DNA from: an uncultured Acidobacteriota bacterium
Lineage (GTDB): Bacteria > Acidobacteriota > Thermoanaerobaculia > Multivoradales > UBA5704
DNA: 64,000 bases
NCBI GenBank assembly: GCA_963770895.1
Contig: CAVYRF010000001.1
Location: forward strand, 1,344,001 to 1,408,000
Direction of reading: 5' to 3'
Shown here: positions 8,453 to 17,251 of the stretch, one piece after another
Layout of the letters: the number at the start of each line of letters is the position of its first letter
Numbering within the stretch: position 1 is the stretch's first letter
Position numbers and translations under genes: made by a program
The notes under the pieces: generated by a model
What the model was told of the DNA's origin: nothing
What the model saw: only the letters and a program-made list of their open reading frames with translations
The model's database searches: none

Positions 8453-10657
8453 CTACGGTTGGGGCGGAAGAAAAGTCGGGCGCGCGCCGGGCGGAAATCC
8501 CGCAAAGCGCGCCGGCGCCGCCAGGGCAAGCGGCGTGGTGCGACCCACCGCGGCTTGGCGGATCGCGCCGCCCGCGGCCGGGGCCGGCTGGTCGACCAGG
8601 CGTAGCGCCGGCACGCCGGGTTCGGGAAGGCGCTCGTAGACGCGGATGAAGAAGCGCCCGGCGCCCACCGGGGCGGTGGGGCGAGCCCAGCCGAACGAGG
8701 CGGCCAGCGCGTAGTGGCGCTCGACCGCCTGCCACAGCGCGACGTAGTAGTCGGCGCCGAAGCTGGCCGGCCCGTATTCGCTGGTGGGCCGGTTGCACAG
8801 CAGCACGAAGCGCGGGCCGGCGCGCTCGATCCGCGCGACGGCTTCGGCTTCGCTCGCGCGGTCGCAGACCCCCGGCAGCATCTCGTCCTGGCGCAGCGGG
8901 TTGCGCAGGCCGGTGAGGAAGTTGAAAAAGCCGCTTTCGGGGAAGGCGGTCAGCTCGTCGCCGGGCTGGGCGCGCCGCTCCAGGTAGACCAGGGTGTGGT
9001 CGATGGCGGCGGCCTCGCGGGTCGGCAGCCACAGCGTGCCGTCGCGGGTCGCCAGCGCCGCCGTGTGCGGGCGGTGCTCGACACGGTCGAGCCGGTACAG
9101 AAAGATGGCGACAGCGATCGCCAGCGCGGCGATCAGGCGCCGCCGGAAGACCGCGGGTTGCGGCAGGCGAGGGGCCAGGCCGTCCAGGGCGAGCACCGCC
9201 ATGGCGGCAAGCAGGCCGGGCAGCGGCAGCGTCGCGTAGGGGCCCATCTTGGGGCCCACGGCCAAGCCCAGCACGACCCGCACCGCGACGCCGGCGCTCC
9301 AGGCGAACAGCAGGAAGCGCGCCCTGTCGCGGCCGGCAAGCGGCCGGCGCAGCAGCCAGCAGGCGGCCAGCGCCGCCAGCGATGGCAGGATGACGGTGAA
9401 CGGCGGCAGGTTTTTGAACGGCTCCGCGTAGGGGCTCTCCAGGTAGGCGACGACCACCGCCAGCATCAGCGCCGGGAACAGCAGGGCGCGGGTACCGCGT
9501 CGCACCAGCTGGCGCAGCCGCCCGCCGGCGGCGCCGCCGGCGCCGGCAGGCAGCGCCTCGTGGTCGAGCGAATCCACCAGGGCCGGTGCCACCAGCGACA
9601 CCTGCCGCATCGACACCTCCTGCAGGAGCGGCGAGGTCGCCCCCGGCCCCGCCCCCGACATCGCGCGCCGCCCCGCCGCCCCCGGCCGAGGCAGGGCCAC
9701 CAGGCCCAGCATCGCCAGCAGGAAGCCGTCGATCAGCAGCGACAGAGACAGCGTGCCGGCCGTCTTCCAGGGGGCGTCCAGACCGGCGACGTGCAGGTAG
9801 AGCTTGTTCCATTCCGGCGGCGTGCCGGCGAAATGGGTGAGCGGGCCGTTGCGGCTGAGATCGCGCCAGTCCAGTCCCCACATCGACACGGCGTAGAGGG
9901 CGCCGGCAAGCAGGCTCCCCGCGAGCGCCACCACCAGGGCGTCGCGCAGCGTCTCCCGTCGAGGACGCGACCGACCTCCGCAGACCACAACGGCGAGCAG
10001 CGCGGCCATGCCGACTTCGACGCGCGCCGCGAGCGCCACCGCCAGGCCTGCCGCGGCGAGCGCCCGCCAGGCGCCGCGTGACGGCAGGCAGACCATCCAG
10101 AGCGCCAGGAGCGCTCCGGCCAGGGCAAGCAGGCCCGAGGTGGAGTAGGGGAAGATGAACGCACCGCCGTTTGGCGCTCCCATGCAGAGGGCCGCCGCCA
10201 GGGTGGTGCCGGTGACCGCCGCCAGCCGGCCGCCGGCCCGCAGCGTCACCTGGTAGAGCAGGGCAAAGATGGCGCACGACAGGACCAGGCAGAGTGCCTC
10301 GAGCACGACCAGGTGGCTGCCGAAAAGCCGCAGCGCCGCGGCGTTGAGCCAGGGGCCCAGCGGCCCGTAGTAGTAGGTGATGTCGTGGTACAGGCGCTCG
10401 CCGTGGGCCAGCCGCCACGGCACGTCCATCTCCCGACCTGAATCGACGAACGGGTTGATCCAGGTGCCCCACGACACGGCGAGCGATGCGCCGCCGGCGA
10501 GCACCGGCAGCAGCACCGCCACCGCCGCCGCGGCCCAGGAGCGCAGCGGCGGTCGGGTGCGCGTCGTCCCCGCGCCCGTCGCCAACGTGCCGTGCGCCGC
10601 CGCCGGCGGAGCCGGCGCGGCACCGGCGGAGGGGCTGAGATGGGCTTTCGCTGGCAC
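8453..10657 (-). CDS. Polytopic membrane glycosyltransferase-like protein (GT-C/GT39/ArnT-like); start uncertain
   Basis: DSGREMDVPWRLAHGERLYHDITYYYGPLG in the first loop, many hydrophobic TM segments, and a C-terminal soluble domain (FPESGFFNFLTG). Confidence 0.65.
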   Translation of the reverse strand: MPAKAHLSPSAGAAPAPPAAAHGTLATGAGTTRTRPPLRSWAAAAVAVLLPVLAGGASLAVSWGTWINPFVDSGREMDVPWRLAHGERLYHDITYYYGPLGPWLNAAALRLFGSHLVVLEALCLVLSCAIFALLYQVTLRAGGRLAAVTGTTLAAALCMGAPNGGAFIFPYSTSGLLALAGALLALWMVCLPSRGAWRALAAAGLAVALAARVEVGMAALLAVVVCGGRSRPRRETLRDALVVALAGSLLAGALYAVSMWGLDWRDLSRNGPLTHFAGTPPEWNKLYLHVAGLDAPWKTAGTLSLSLLIDGFLLAMLGLVALPRPGAAGRRAMSGAGPGATSPLLQEVSMRQVSLVAPALVDSLDHEALPAGAGGAAGGRLRQLVRRGTRALLFPALMLAVVVAYLESPYAEPFKNLPPFTVILPSLAALAACWLLRRPLAGRDRARFLLFAWSAGVAVRVVLGLAVGPKMGPYATLPLPGLLAAMAVLALDGLAPRLPQPAVFRRRLIAALAIAVAIFLYRLDRVEHRPHTAALATRDGTLWLPTREAAAIDHTLVYLERRAQPGDELTAFPESGFFNFLTGLRNPLRQDEMLPGVCDRASEAEAVARIERAGPRFVLLCNRPTSEYGPASFGADYYVALWQAVERHYALAASFGWARPTAPVGAGRFFIRVYERLPEPGVPALRLVDQPAPAAGGAIRQAAVGRTTPLALAAPARFAGFPPGARPTFLPPQP

Positions 10658-11066
10658 GGCGCTCGTGGGCTGGGGTGGGCGTCGGTCGGATGCGATTTGG
10701 TTGTAAGCGCGATCGAGCCGGGGGCCTCGGACTACGGGCAAAGCCCAGGCTCGTCGCGAGCGCTGTGCAAGAACGAGTCCAGGCTGGCGGCCGGTCCTGG
10801 CCCCGTCGCCGGATGGCGGCGCCGCTCGCTTCCGAAACTCTCCAAGACAGGCCATTGGTGCCCCGTCACAAAGCGGCGCACCGCCGGCCGCCGCCTGGCT
10901 GACAGGGCCCCCGATGGCTCAGGCGCCGCATCCGCGGCACCGGTCGAGCCCGGCCCTACTTACCTACCTGGACGGAACCGCGGGCTGAAAAACTGCATCG
11001 CCCACGTGTGACGCCGTTTCGTGTCTGCACCGGGCCGGTCGACAGTCGGCCGGCTGGCCCGGGGCA

Positions 11067-11234
11067 CTAGTGGCCTGTCCTGGAGAATTCGAAAGCGGCT
11101 GGCGCCGCCATTCGGCGGCGGGGGCCAGGCGCGCCGACGCAGGCATAGTCGGAACTATGTCGAGCAGGCGCAACGCCGCACCCGCCGTCGAGGGCAAGCC
11201 AGGCGCTTTCGATTCGAACAGGACAGGCCACTAG
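11067..11234. repeat. 168-bp palindromic MITE/ERIC-like element, copy 1
   Basis: Perfect 16-bp terminal inverted repeats CTAGTGGCCTGTCCTG / CAGGACAGGCCACTAG. The core is shared with 21323-21490 and 48454-48618, and the right CTAG overlaps the msrA stop. Confidence 0.85.
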
Positions 11235-11719
11235 ATCCGGCAGGTGGCCTGGCCGCGCTTTTCGAGATACTGCTGGTGGTATTCCTCGGCGCGGTAAAAG
11301 GTGGAGGCTGGGGTGATCTCGGTGACGATGGGGCGCTTGTAGGCCCCCGACCGCTCCAGCTGGAGCTTGGAGGCGAGCGCCGCGGCCTGCTGCTCGGGAG
11401 TGCTGAAAAAGGCCGCGGAGCGGTACTGCGAGCCGACGTCGGGGCCCTGACGGTTGAGGGTCGTCGGGTCGTGGTTCTCCCAGAAGACGCGCAGCAGGTC
11501 GGCGTAGGTCGCCTTGGCGGGGTCGAACTCCACCTGCACCACTTCCGCATGGCCGGTGCGGCCGGAGCAGACGTCGTGGTAGGTGGGATTGGGATAGGTG
11601 CCGCCGGAGTAGCCGACATGGGTGGCCGTGACCCCCGGAACGGCGCGGAAGGCTGCCTCGACACCCCAAAAACAACCCGCTGCGAACAGGGCAGTCTCGG
11701 TTGCGGTGGCTTTGTCCAT
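11231..11719 (-). CDS. msrA: Peptide-methionine (S)-S-oxide reductase
   Basis: [35 protein letters not shown] and [14 protein letters not shown] motifs; SD GAGGAG. Confidence 0.97.
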   Translation of the reverse strand: MDKATATETALFAAGCFWGVEAAFRAVPGVTATHVGYSGGTYPNPTYHDVCSGRTGHAEVVQVEFDPAKATYADLLRVFWENHDPTTLNRQGPDVGSQYRSAAFFSTPEQQAAALASKLQLERSGAYKRPIVTEITPASTFYRAEEYHQQYLEKRGQATCRI

Positions 11720-11985
11720 GGCGTGCGCTCTCCTCAAGAGATCGTGCCGTACGCGGCACAGCCGACTGTGCCCGCCGGCAGCTGCGGTTCAGTATATGCC
11801 GGGACGAGCCCGGCCGCACCGCACGCCAGCCTTCGCCCACCCGCATCTGCCGGGACTGGCCGGGCGGGAGCAGCTGCCGCACCGCGGGCAAGGCGGGGCG
11901 GCAGCGCGTTGAGCGGCCCGCTCGGTCGATTCGCCTGTGCAGCCGCGCCAGCGAATGGCGTGCGAGGGGTGGTGCGGGACAGCGG

Positions 11986-12363
11986 TCAGCGACAGGTCAC
12001 CTTCATCGAGGCGACCCCGGCGCGGTTCACCGGCTGGATGATGTACTGCGGGTAGAGCTTGGGCGCCGGCTCGAGGGTGTAGCGCGGATCGAATGCCGGC
12101 TGGAAGGCGCGGCCGAGGAGCTGCGGCACGGTGCCCGCGGCGCTGCACCCGAATACGTTGGCGTACCACGTCCCCGGCGGATTGGTCCACGTCACGTCGC
12201 CGCTGGCCGGTGGAGTCACGGTCTGCGTGGCGGGCGGGGTGTCGGGCGTGTAGTCCTTCTGACTCATCACGCCGAGCTCGCCGACGGTCACGGTGCCGCC
12301 CTGGTTGAACAGCCCTCGGCCCAATGGCCTGCCGTACTCCTCGGCCGAGCAGCCGAGGGCCAT
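11986..12363 (-). CDS. Hypothetical protein, possibly a gene fragment
   Basis: GC3-rich codon usage and complex composition; starts 13 nt after the asd-like stop. No recognisable motif. Confidence 0.4.
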   Translation of the reverse strand: MALGCSAEEYGRPLGRGLFNQGGTVTVGELGVMSQKDYTPDTPPATQTVTPPASGDVTWTNPPGTWYANVFGCSAAGTVPQLLGRAFQPAFDPRYTLEPAPKLYPQYIIQPVNRAGVASMKVTCR

Positions 12364-12376
12364 GGGGGTGCCGCCT

Positions 12377-13333
12377 TCAGTGGACGGCGGTAGCGATCTC
12401 GATGGCGTTGACGGCGCCGCCGCGCGTCAGGTTGTCCATCGCCGCCCACAGCCACACGCCGGTGCCGTGCGTGTGCACCGTTCCCACCAGCACCTTATCG
12501 CTGGCCGCCGCGTCGATCGGCCCCAGATGGCGCGGGTCGGCGGCGGCCTCCACGTAGGGGCTGGCGGCGAGCGCCTTGCGCAACGCCGACTGGCTGGGCG
12601 GCGTGGCGCATTGCAGGTGCAGGCTCAGCGCCAGGCAGTGGAAGGCGCTGCCCTGGAGCAGCTGCACCGACAGGTCGGGCAGCGTCCCCAAAACCGTTGC
12701 AACTTCGGCGGCGACGGCTTCGGCGCGCGCTTCGCCGCCGGCGGCGGGCAGCAGATTGAACGCCAGCTGAGCGCCGAAGACCTTGGAGCGTTGGCGCGGC
12801 GTCATGGCGACGATCTGCCGCGACTGCTCGAACAGCTCCTCGATGCCGGCGTCGTCGTGCAGGGACGCCGGCTGGACGATCGTGGCGACGGCCTGGCGCA
12901 CGTCGAACACCGCCAGCGGGTGCAGCAGGTGGGCCAGCATCACGGTGGCGGGATGGGGCGACAGCAGGACGTTGCCGGCCGAAGACGCCGGGCGCGTATT
13001 GATGCCCGCCACCACCGGGTAGCCGTCGCCCGGTGCCGCGTCAGGGGACAGCACGACGCCGGTCGCGTCCGGCGGCAGGCTGGCGAGAAGCGGGCGGGTG
13101 ACGGCGACCGGACCGCAGAAAAACGCCACCGACACACCCTGCAGGCTGTCCGGCTCGCAGCGGTTGACGATCGCCGCGGCGCCGCCGATCTCGGTGAGCG
13201 TGCCGATCTCCTCTTCGACGGTCGACAGCAGGCGGATCTCCTGCCAGGGGAGGTCGGCCACGCCGCGCCCCAGGGTTTCGCGCAGCTCCTTGCCCAACAG
13301 GTTGGCGGGATGGAGGATGGCGAGCACGGTCAT
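12377..13333 (-). CDS. Aspartate-semialdehyde dehydrogenase-like protein (Asd/USG-like), probably catalytically degenerate
   Basis: FGAQLAFNLLP and LWAAMDNLTRGGAVNAIEIA match the Asd C-terminus. The catalytic NPNC is replaced by SPHP and the Rossmann GxxGxxG by HPANLLG. Confidence 0.8.
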   Translation of the reverse strand: MTVLAILHPANLLGKELRETLGRGVADLPWQEIRLLSTVEEEIGTLTEIGGAAAIVNRCEPDSLQGVSVAFFCGPVAVTRPLLASLPPDATGVVLSPDAAPGDGYPVVAGINTRPASSAGNVLLSPHPATVMLAHLLHPLAVFDVRQAVATIVQPASLHDDAGIEELFEQSRQIVAMTPRQRSKVFGAQLAFNLLPAAGGEARAEAVAAEVATVLGTLPDLSVQLLQGSAFHCLALSLHLQCATPPSQSALRKALAASPYVEAAADPRHLGPIDAAASDKVLVGTVHTHGTGVWLWAAMDNLTRGGAVNAIEIATAVH

Positions 13334-13334
13334 G

Positions 13335-14225
13335 TTATCGAGTGGCCTCCCGCGGTTGCGGCGCGCCGGCGCCGGGGTCGCCATCGGGCGGGCCGGCGGC
13401 GGTGTCGCCGGGGCCGGAGGTCGCCGCTTGAGCCGGCGCGGACGCCGGGAACGTCGGGGGCGGGGGCGGCGGCAGCCCTGGCCGGCGGCGCAGGCGGCCC
13501 CAGACGTAGCCGGCCGGCGCCGACAGGGTGTACAGGATGGCAATCGCCAAAAAGGTTGCCTGCGGGATGGTGCAGACCACCACCAGGACGGCGGCGATCG
13601 GCAGCGCCATGCGGTAGCTCCAGCGCTGCCGCAGGTCGACCTTCTTGAGGCTGGGGTAGCGGAACGTCGACACCATCAGGGCGCCGATGAGCACCAGCAC
13701 CACCGCCAGCAAGGCCTTCAGCCAGTCGCGCGCCTCGGCGTCGGGGGCGAAGAAGAGGATCGAGCAGATGGCGCCTGCCGCGGCCGGCGTCGGCAGGCCG
13801 ACGAAGAAGCGGCTGTCCACCTGCTTGACCTGGACGTTGAAGCGCGCCAGGCGGCTGGCGGTGGTGACGACGAAAAACAGCGGCAGCAGCCAGGCACGCG
13901 GCGCCAGGTCCTTGACGCCCCACAGGTAGCTGAGCAGCGCCGGCGCCATGCCGAAGGTGAGCAGGTCGGCCAGCGAGTCGAACTCCTTGCCGAACTCGGT
14001 CGCCGTGTTGGTCATCCGCGCGATGCCGCCGTCCAGGCTGTCGGTGATGCCGGCGATGAAGACCACCAGCGCCGCGCGGTGGAAGTTGCCGTGCAGGCCG
14101 CAGACGACGGCATAGAACCCCAGCAGGATGTTGCCGACCGTGAACAGGCTCGGCAGCACGTAGGCGCCGCGCCGCAAACGCGGCGACAGGGTGGGCCGCC
14201 GCGGGCGCGGTGCGGCCGTGGTCAT
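13335..14225 (-). CDS. pssA: CDP-diacylglycerol-serine O-phosphatidyltransferase
   Basis: LPSLFTVGN, CDP-alcohol motif DSLDGGIARMT...FGKEFDSLAD, RLARFN and FFVGLPTPAAA; ATGA overlap with psd. Confidence 0.93.
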   Translation of the reverse strand: MTTAAPRPRRPTLSPRLRRGAYVLPSLFTVGNILLGFYAVVCGLHGNFHRAALVVFIAGITDSLDGGIARMTNTATEFGKEFDSLADLLTFGMAPALLSYLWGVKDLAPRAWLLPLFFVVTTASRLARFNVQVKQVDSRFFVGLPTPAAAGAICSILFFAPDAEARDWLKALLAVVLVLIGALMVSTFRYPSLKKVDLRQRWSYRMALPIAAVLVVVCTIPQATFLAIAILYTLSAPAGYVWGRLRRRPGLPPPPPPTFPASAPAQAATSGPGDTAAGPPDGDPGAGAPQPREATR

Positions 14226-14911
14226 CGCGGTGCTCCGGGGGTGGGCGGCGGGGCCGGGCGGCCGTCCGGACCGGCGGCAGCGGTAGGAGCGGCGGCAACC
14301 GGAGTGGCACCGTTGCGCAGGCGGTCGCCGCGCTGGACCAGCACCCGGTAGTCGAGGGGCAGCACCAGGTCCACCCGCGACCCGAACTTGATCAGTCCCA
14401 TGGCCTGCCCGCGCGCCACCGGCATGCCGGCGGCCAGGTAGCACACCACCCGCCGCGCCAGCAGGCCGGCGATCTGGCGCACCGCCAACTGGTCGCCGTT
14501 GGGGCGCCGGATGACGCTGACCTGCATTTCGTTGATCTCGCCGGCGTCGGCGCGAAAGGCCGCCACCTTGCGGCCGCGGGCGTAGCGCGAGGTCACCACC
14601 TGGCCCGCCACCGGGGTCTTTTGCACGTGCACGTCGAACACCGACAGAAAGGTGACGATGCGCTGGTAGCGGCCCGGCCCCAGGTCGCGGTCCTCGACCT
14701 CTTCGACCGCGGTCACCAGCCCATCGGCGGCAGCCAGCACGATGCCGTCGTCGCCGTCGAAATGGCGACCGGGATCGCGAAAGAAGGCGAGCACGGCAAG
14801 GGAGGCAACCAGGGCCGCGATGGCCCAGCCGGCGAGGCCGGCGGCGAAGAGCAGCGCCGCCGCCGCGACGACCGGCAGCACGAACGGCCAGCCCTCCCTA
14901 GCGAAGCGCAT
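14222..14911 (-). CDS. psd: Phosphatidylserine decarboxylase proenzyme
   Basis: FFRDP, ADG, FLSVFDVHVQ, QIAGLLARRV and the self-cleavage motif IKFGSRVD. Confidence 0.95.
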   Translation of the reverse strand: MRFAREGWPFVLPVVAAAALLFAAGLAGWAIAALVASLAVLAFFRDPGRHFDGDDGIVLAAADGLVTAVEEVEDRDLGPGRYQRIVTFLSVFDVHVQKTPVAGQVVTSRYARGRKVAAFRADAGEINEMQVSVIRRPNGDQLAVRQIAGLLARRVVCYLAAGMPVARGQAMGLIKFGSRVDLVLPLDYRVLVQRGDRLRNGATPVAAAPTAAAGPDGRPAPPPTPGAPR

Positions 14912-14972
14912 GGTAGGCCAAGGAGGGGCGCATGGCGGTTCGGGCGTGGGTGGCGCGGGGCAAGGTCCGCGC

Positions 14973-15206
14973 TCAGACGGAGACGCGCGCCTCGTGATGG
15001 GCGCGCAGGATCTCCTCCATGCGGTCCTTGAGGGTCAGCTTGTGCAGCTTGATCTTCTTTTCCTCGACCTCGTCGTCCTGCGACAGGAGGGTCTTCTGGT
15101 TGATCTCGGCCAGCCGCCGCTCGTACTCGCGATGCTCCTCGTGCAGGAGGCGGAACTGCGCGTCGGTCTGGATCAGCTCTGCTTTCAGTTCGTCCCGATT
15201 GGACAT
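14973..15206 (-). CDS. YdcH/DUF465-family small coiled-coil protein
   Basis: FRLLHEEHREYE...EEKKIKLHKLTLKDRM; SD AAGGAG. Confidence 0.85.
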   Translation of the reverse strand: MSNRDELKAELIQTDAQFRLLHEEHREYERRLAEINQKTLLSQDDEVEEKKIKLHKLTLKDRMEEILRAHHEARVSV

Positions 15207-15531
15207 GCTTCGGATCTCCTTGAAAGTGGCATGACAAACATACCGGTCCGCGATGGACCGGGGCTGGAAGTGCTGCTGGAGGTAAGGCGGGGGGGAGGGG
15301 CAGGGGCCGGCTCACCGTGCCGCTACCTCTGCAAGGGTCTTTAAGCTCAGCACGCCGCGGCGATGCGGGAAGGCGGAAGGCGGGAGCAGGAGGCGAGCGG
15401 CGAACATGCTGACGGTAACCGCAGGATAGCACCGCGTTTTATGCTGGAGCAACCGCCGCGGAGAACCGATCGCCACCGGCCGCCCCGTCCGGCGCGGGAC
15501 GGAGCAGCCGTGTCTCAAACGGGGTGTCGTC

Positions 15532-15699
15532 CTACGGAGGGCAGGTGGCCCCGGCAAAGGACTTGCACTGGGTGCAATTGGTCTGGCAAACAGTGAAGTG
15601 GCTGGTCGGATCTCCACCGCCAATGGCAGAAAGATCATTCACCGAGAGGGCGCGGAGGGTATCCTTGGAAATCTTGAGCCGCTTCTGAGATTTGCGCAT
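15532..15699 (-). CDS. Lanthipeptide/RiPP-like precursor peptide (55 aa)
   Basis: MRKSQKRLKISKDTLRALSVNDLSAIGGG-DPTSHFTVCQTNCTQCKSFAGATCPP: basic LxIxKDTL leader, double-Gly site, Cys/Ser/Thr-rich core. SD GGAG. Confidence 0.75.
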   Translation of the reverse strand: MRKSQKRLKISKDTLRALSVNDLSAIGGGDPTSHFTVCQTNCTQCKSFAGATCPP

Positions 15700-15822
15700 G
15701 TTATGTCTCCAAATTCGAAACGGTGCGGCACCATACCGCAACCACGAACGATAGTTTATACGTATGCCGAGCGCAATTCGCACAGGCAATGCAAAAAATG
15801 CCGCATCTTCAATGACTCGCGC

Positions 15823-16200
15823 CGTCCAGGGCCTCTCGCTGGCAGGTTCGCCCAGCCCCACCGCTACCTCAAGCGCCTGGCGGTGCGCGCGGCGGGCAAG
15901 ACGGTCTTCGTCGACGTTGCCGATCTCGATTGGATCGAGGCCGCCGAAAACTACGTCAAGCTCCATGCGGGCAAGACCGCCCACCTGCTGCAGGTGACCA
16001 TGTCCACCCTGGAGAGCGCCCTCGACCCCGAGCACTTCCTGCGCGTGCACCGTTCGGCGATCGTCAACGTCGAGCGCATCAAGGAGCTGCAGCCGCTCGT
16101 CCACGGCGAGTACGCGATCACCCTCGCCGGCGGCGCCCGCCTGCGCTCGGGCCGGACCTACCACGACCGCCTGGCCGCCCTGACCGCCAACCCGTTCTGA
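15823..16200 (+). pseudogene. LytTR DNA-binding domain, 5'-truncated response-regulator remnant (or stand-alone LytTR)
   Basis: LDWIEAAENYVKLH and LESALDPEHFLRVHRSAIVN. There is no receiver domain and no convincing start or SD. Confidence 0.7.
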
Positions 16201-16356
16201 TCGCCCCTCCCCGCGATCGCCCCCTGCGGCGGCGGCCGGCACCGGCCGGCACCGCGCGCCGGCCGGTTCGTCCCGCCCGGCGGCCGGTTGGTCAAGTTCT
16301 GGTTCCACTGCGCAGCGCCGCGGGCGAAGCTCTCCTCACCACAGAGGAGATCCAAG

Positions 16357-16860
16357 ATGAGTGCAGCCGGAAATACTGCGCTTGCCGCCGTTGCCCTGTC
16401 CCAGCCAGACGCCGTGCCTTCAGCCGCCGCGCCGCCGCCGGCCGCCGTGCCACTGCCGGTCGCCGTGCCGCCGGCCGCGGACAGCGTGTCCGTGGGCGCC
16501 CTGCGTGCCGGTCTCACGCTGCTGGTCCTGGCCCACCATGCCGCCCTCGCCTACCATCCCGACGCCCCGCCGGCCCCCGCCTCGCTGCTCACCCAACCGC
16601 GCTGGTGGGGCGCCTTCCCGGTCGTCGATCCCGCGCGCTGGGCGCCCGTCCGCCTGTTCGCCGGCTTCAACGACACCTTCTTCATGGCGCTGCTGTTCCT
16701 GGTCTCGGGCCTCTTCGTATGGCAAGGCCTGGTGCGCTCCGGCAGCGCCGCATTCCTGCGCCGGCGGGGGTGCGGCATCGCCGTCGCCGGCACGGTCGCC
16801 ATAGCCTGGGGCGCCACCGCCGTCCTGAGGCGCATCCCCGCCGTCGCGCGGGTGATCTAG
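16357..16860 (+). pseudogene. Acyltransferase_3 (OpgC/MdoC-like) with large in-frame internal deletion
   Basis: N-terminal LRAGLTLLVLAHH...FFMALLFLVSGLF...FLRRR joins directly to a C-terminal-type ...LRRIPAVARVI. The product is only 167 aa against ~350-400 aa typical of the family. Confidence 0.7.
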
Positions 16861-17251
16861 CAGACAGGTGGCCGGAGCCGGGCGCACTGGCTTCGAATTG
16901 ACTGAGAGAGTTGGTGATCGGGGTCGCCGCGACCGCGGCCCGGATCGCATCCTTTTCCACGTCACGCAGGCTTCGTGACCGACGGTTGTGATCGGATCGA
17001 ATCGCGCGGGGCTGGAAAAGGCCCGATCGCGTCCGTCCTTTGCAAGCGAAGGACGTTCGCCGATGAGCCCGAGCTGCCCCCCCAACCTCGCCCACATCCG
17101 CCGCGACGCTCGTCGCTCCGATTGTCCACCGATCGATGCGATGCTAAGGATATGCTTGGCGTATCGAAAACGTGAGCAGTTCGCGGCATGCCATCACAAC
17201 CCATCCCTCGGTCCGAGCCGCCAGCGCGACGTCGATGCCGCGGCTGAAACG

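Noticed and set aside
15598-15822. N-terminal extension of the LytTR ORF in the track
   Set aside because: It is antisense to the RiPP-like precursor and its AT-rich upstream region, and does not resemble a receiver domain.
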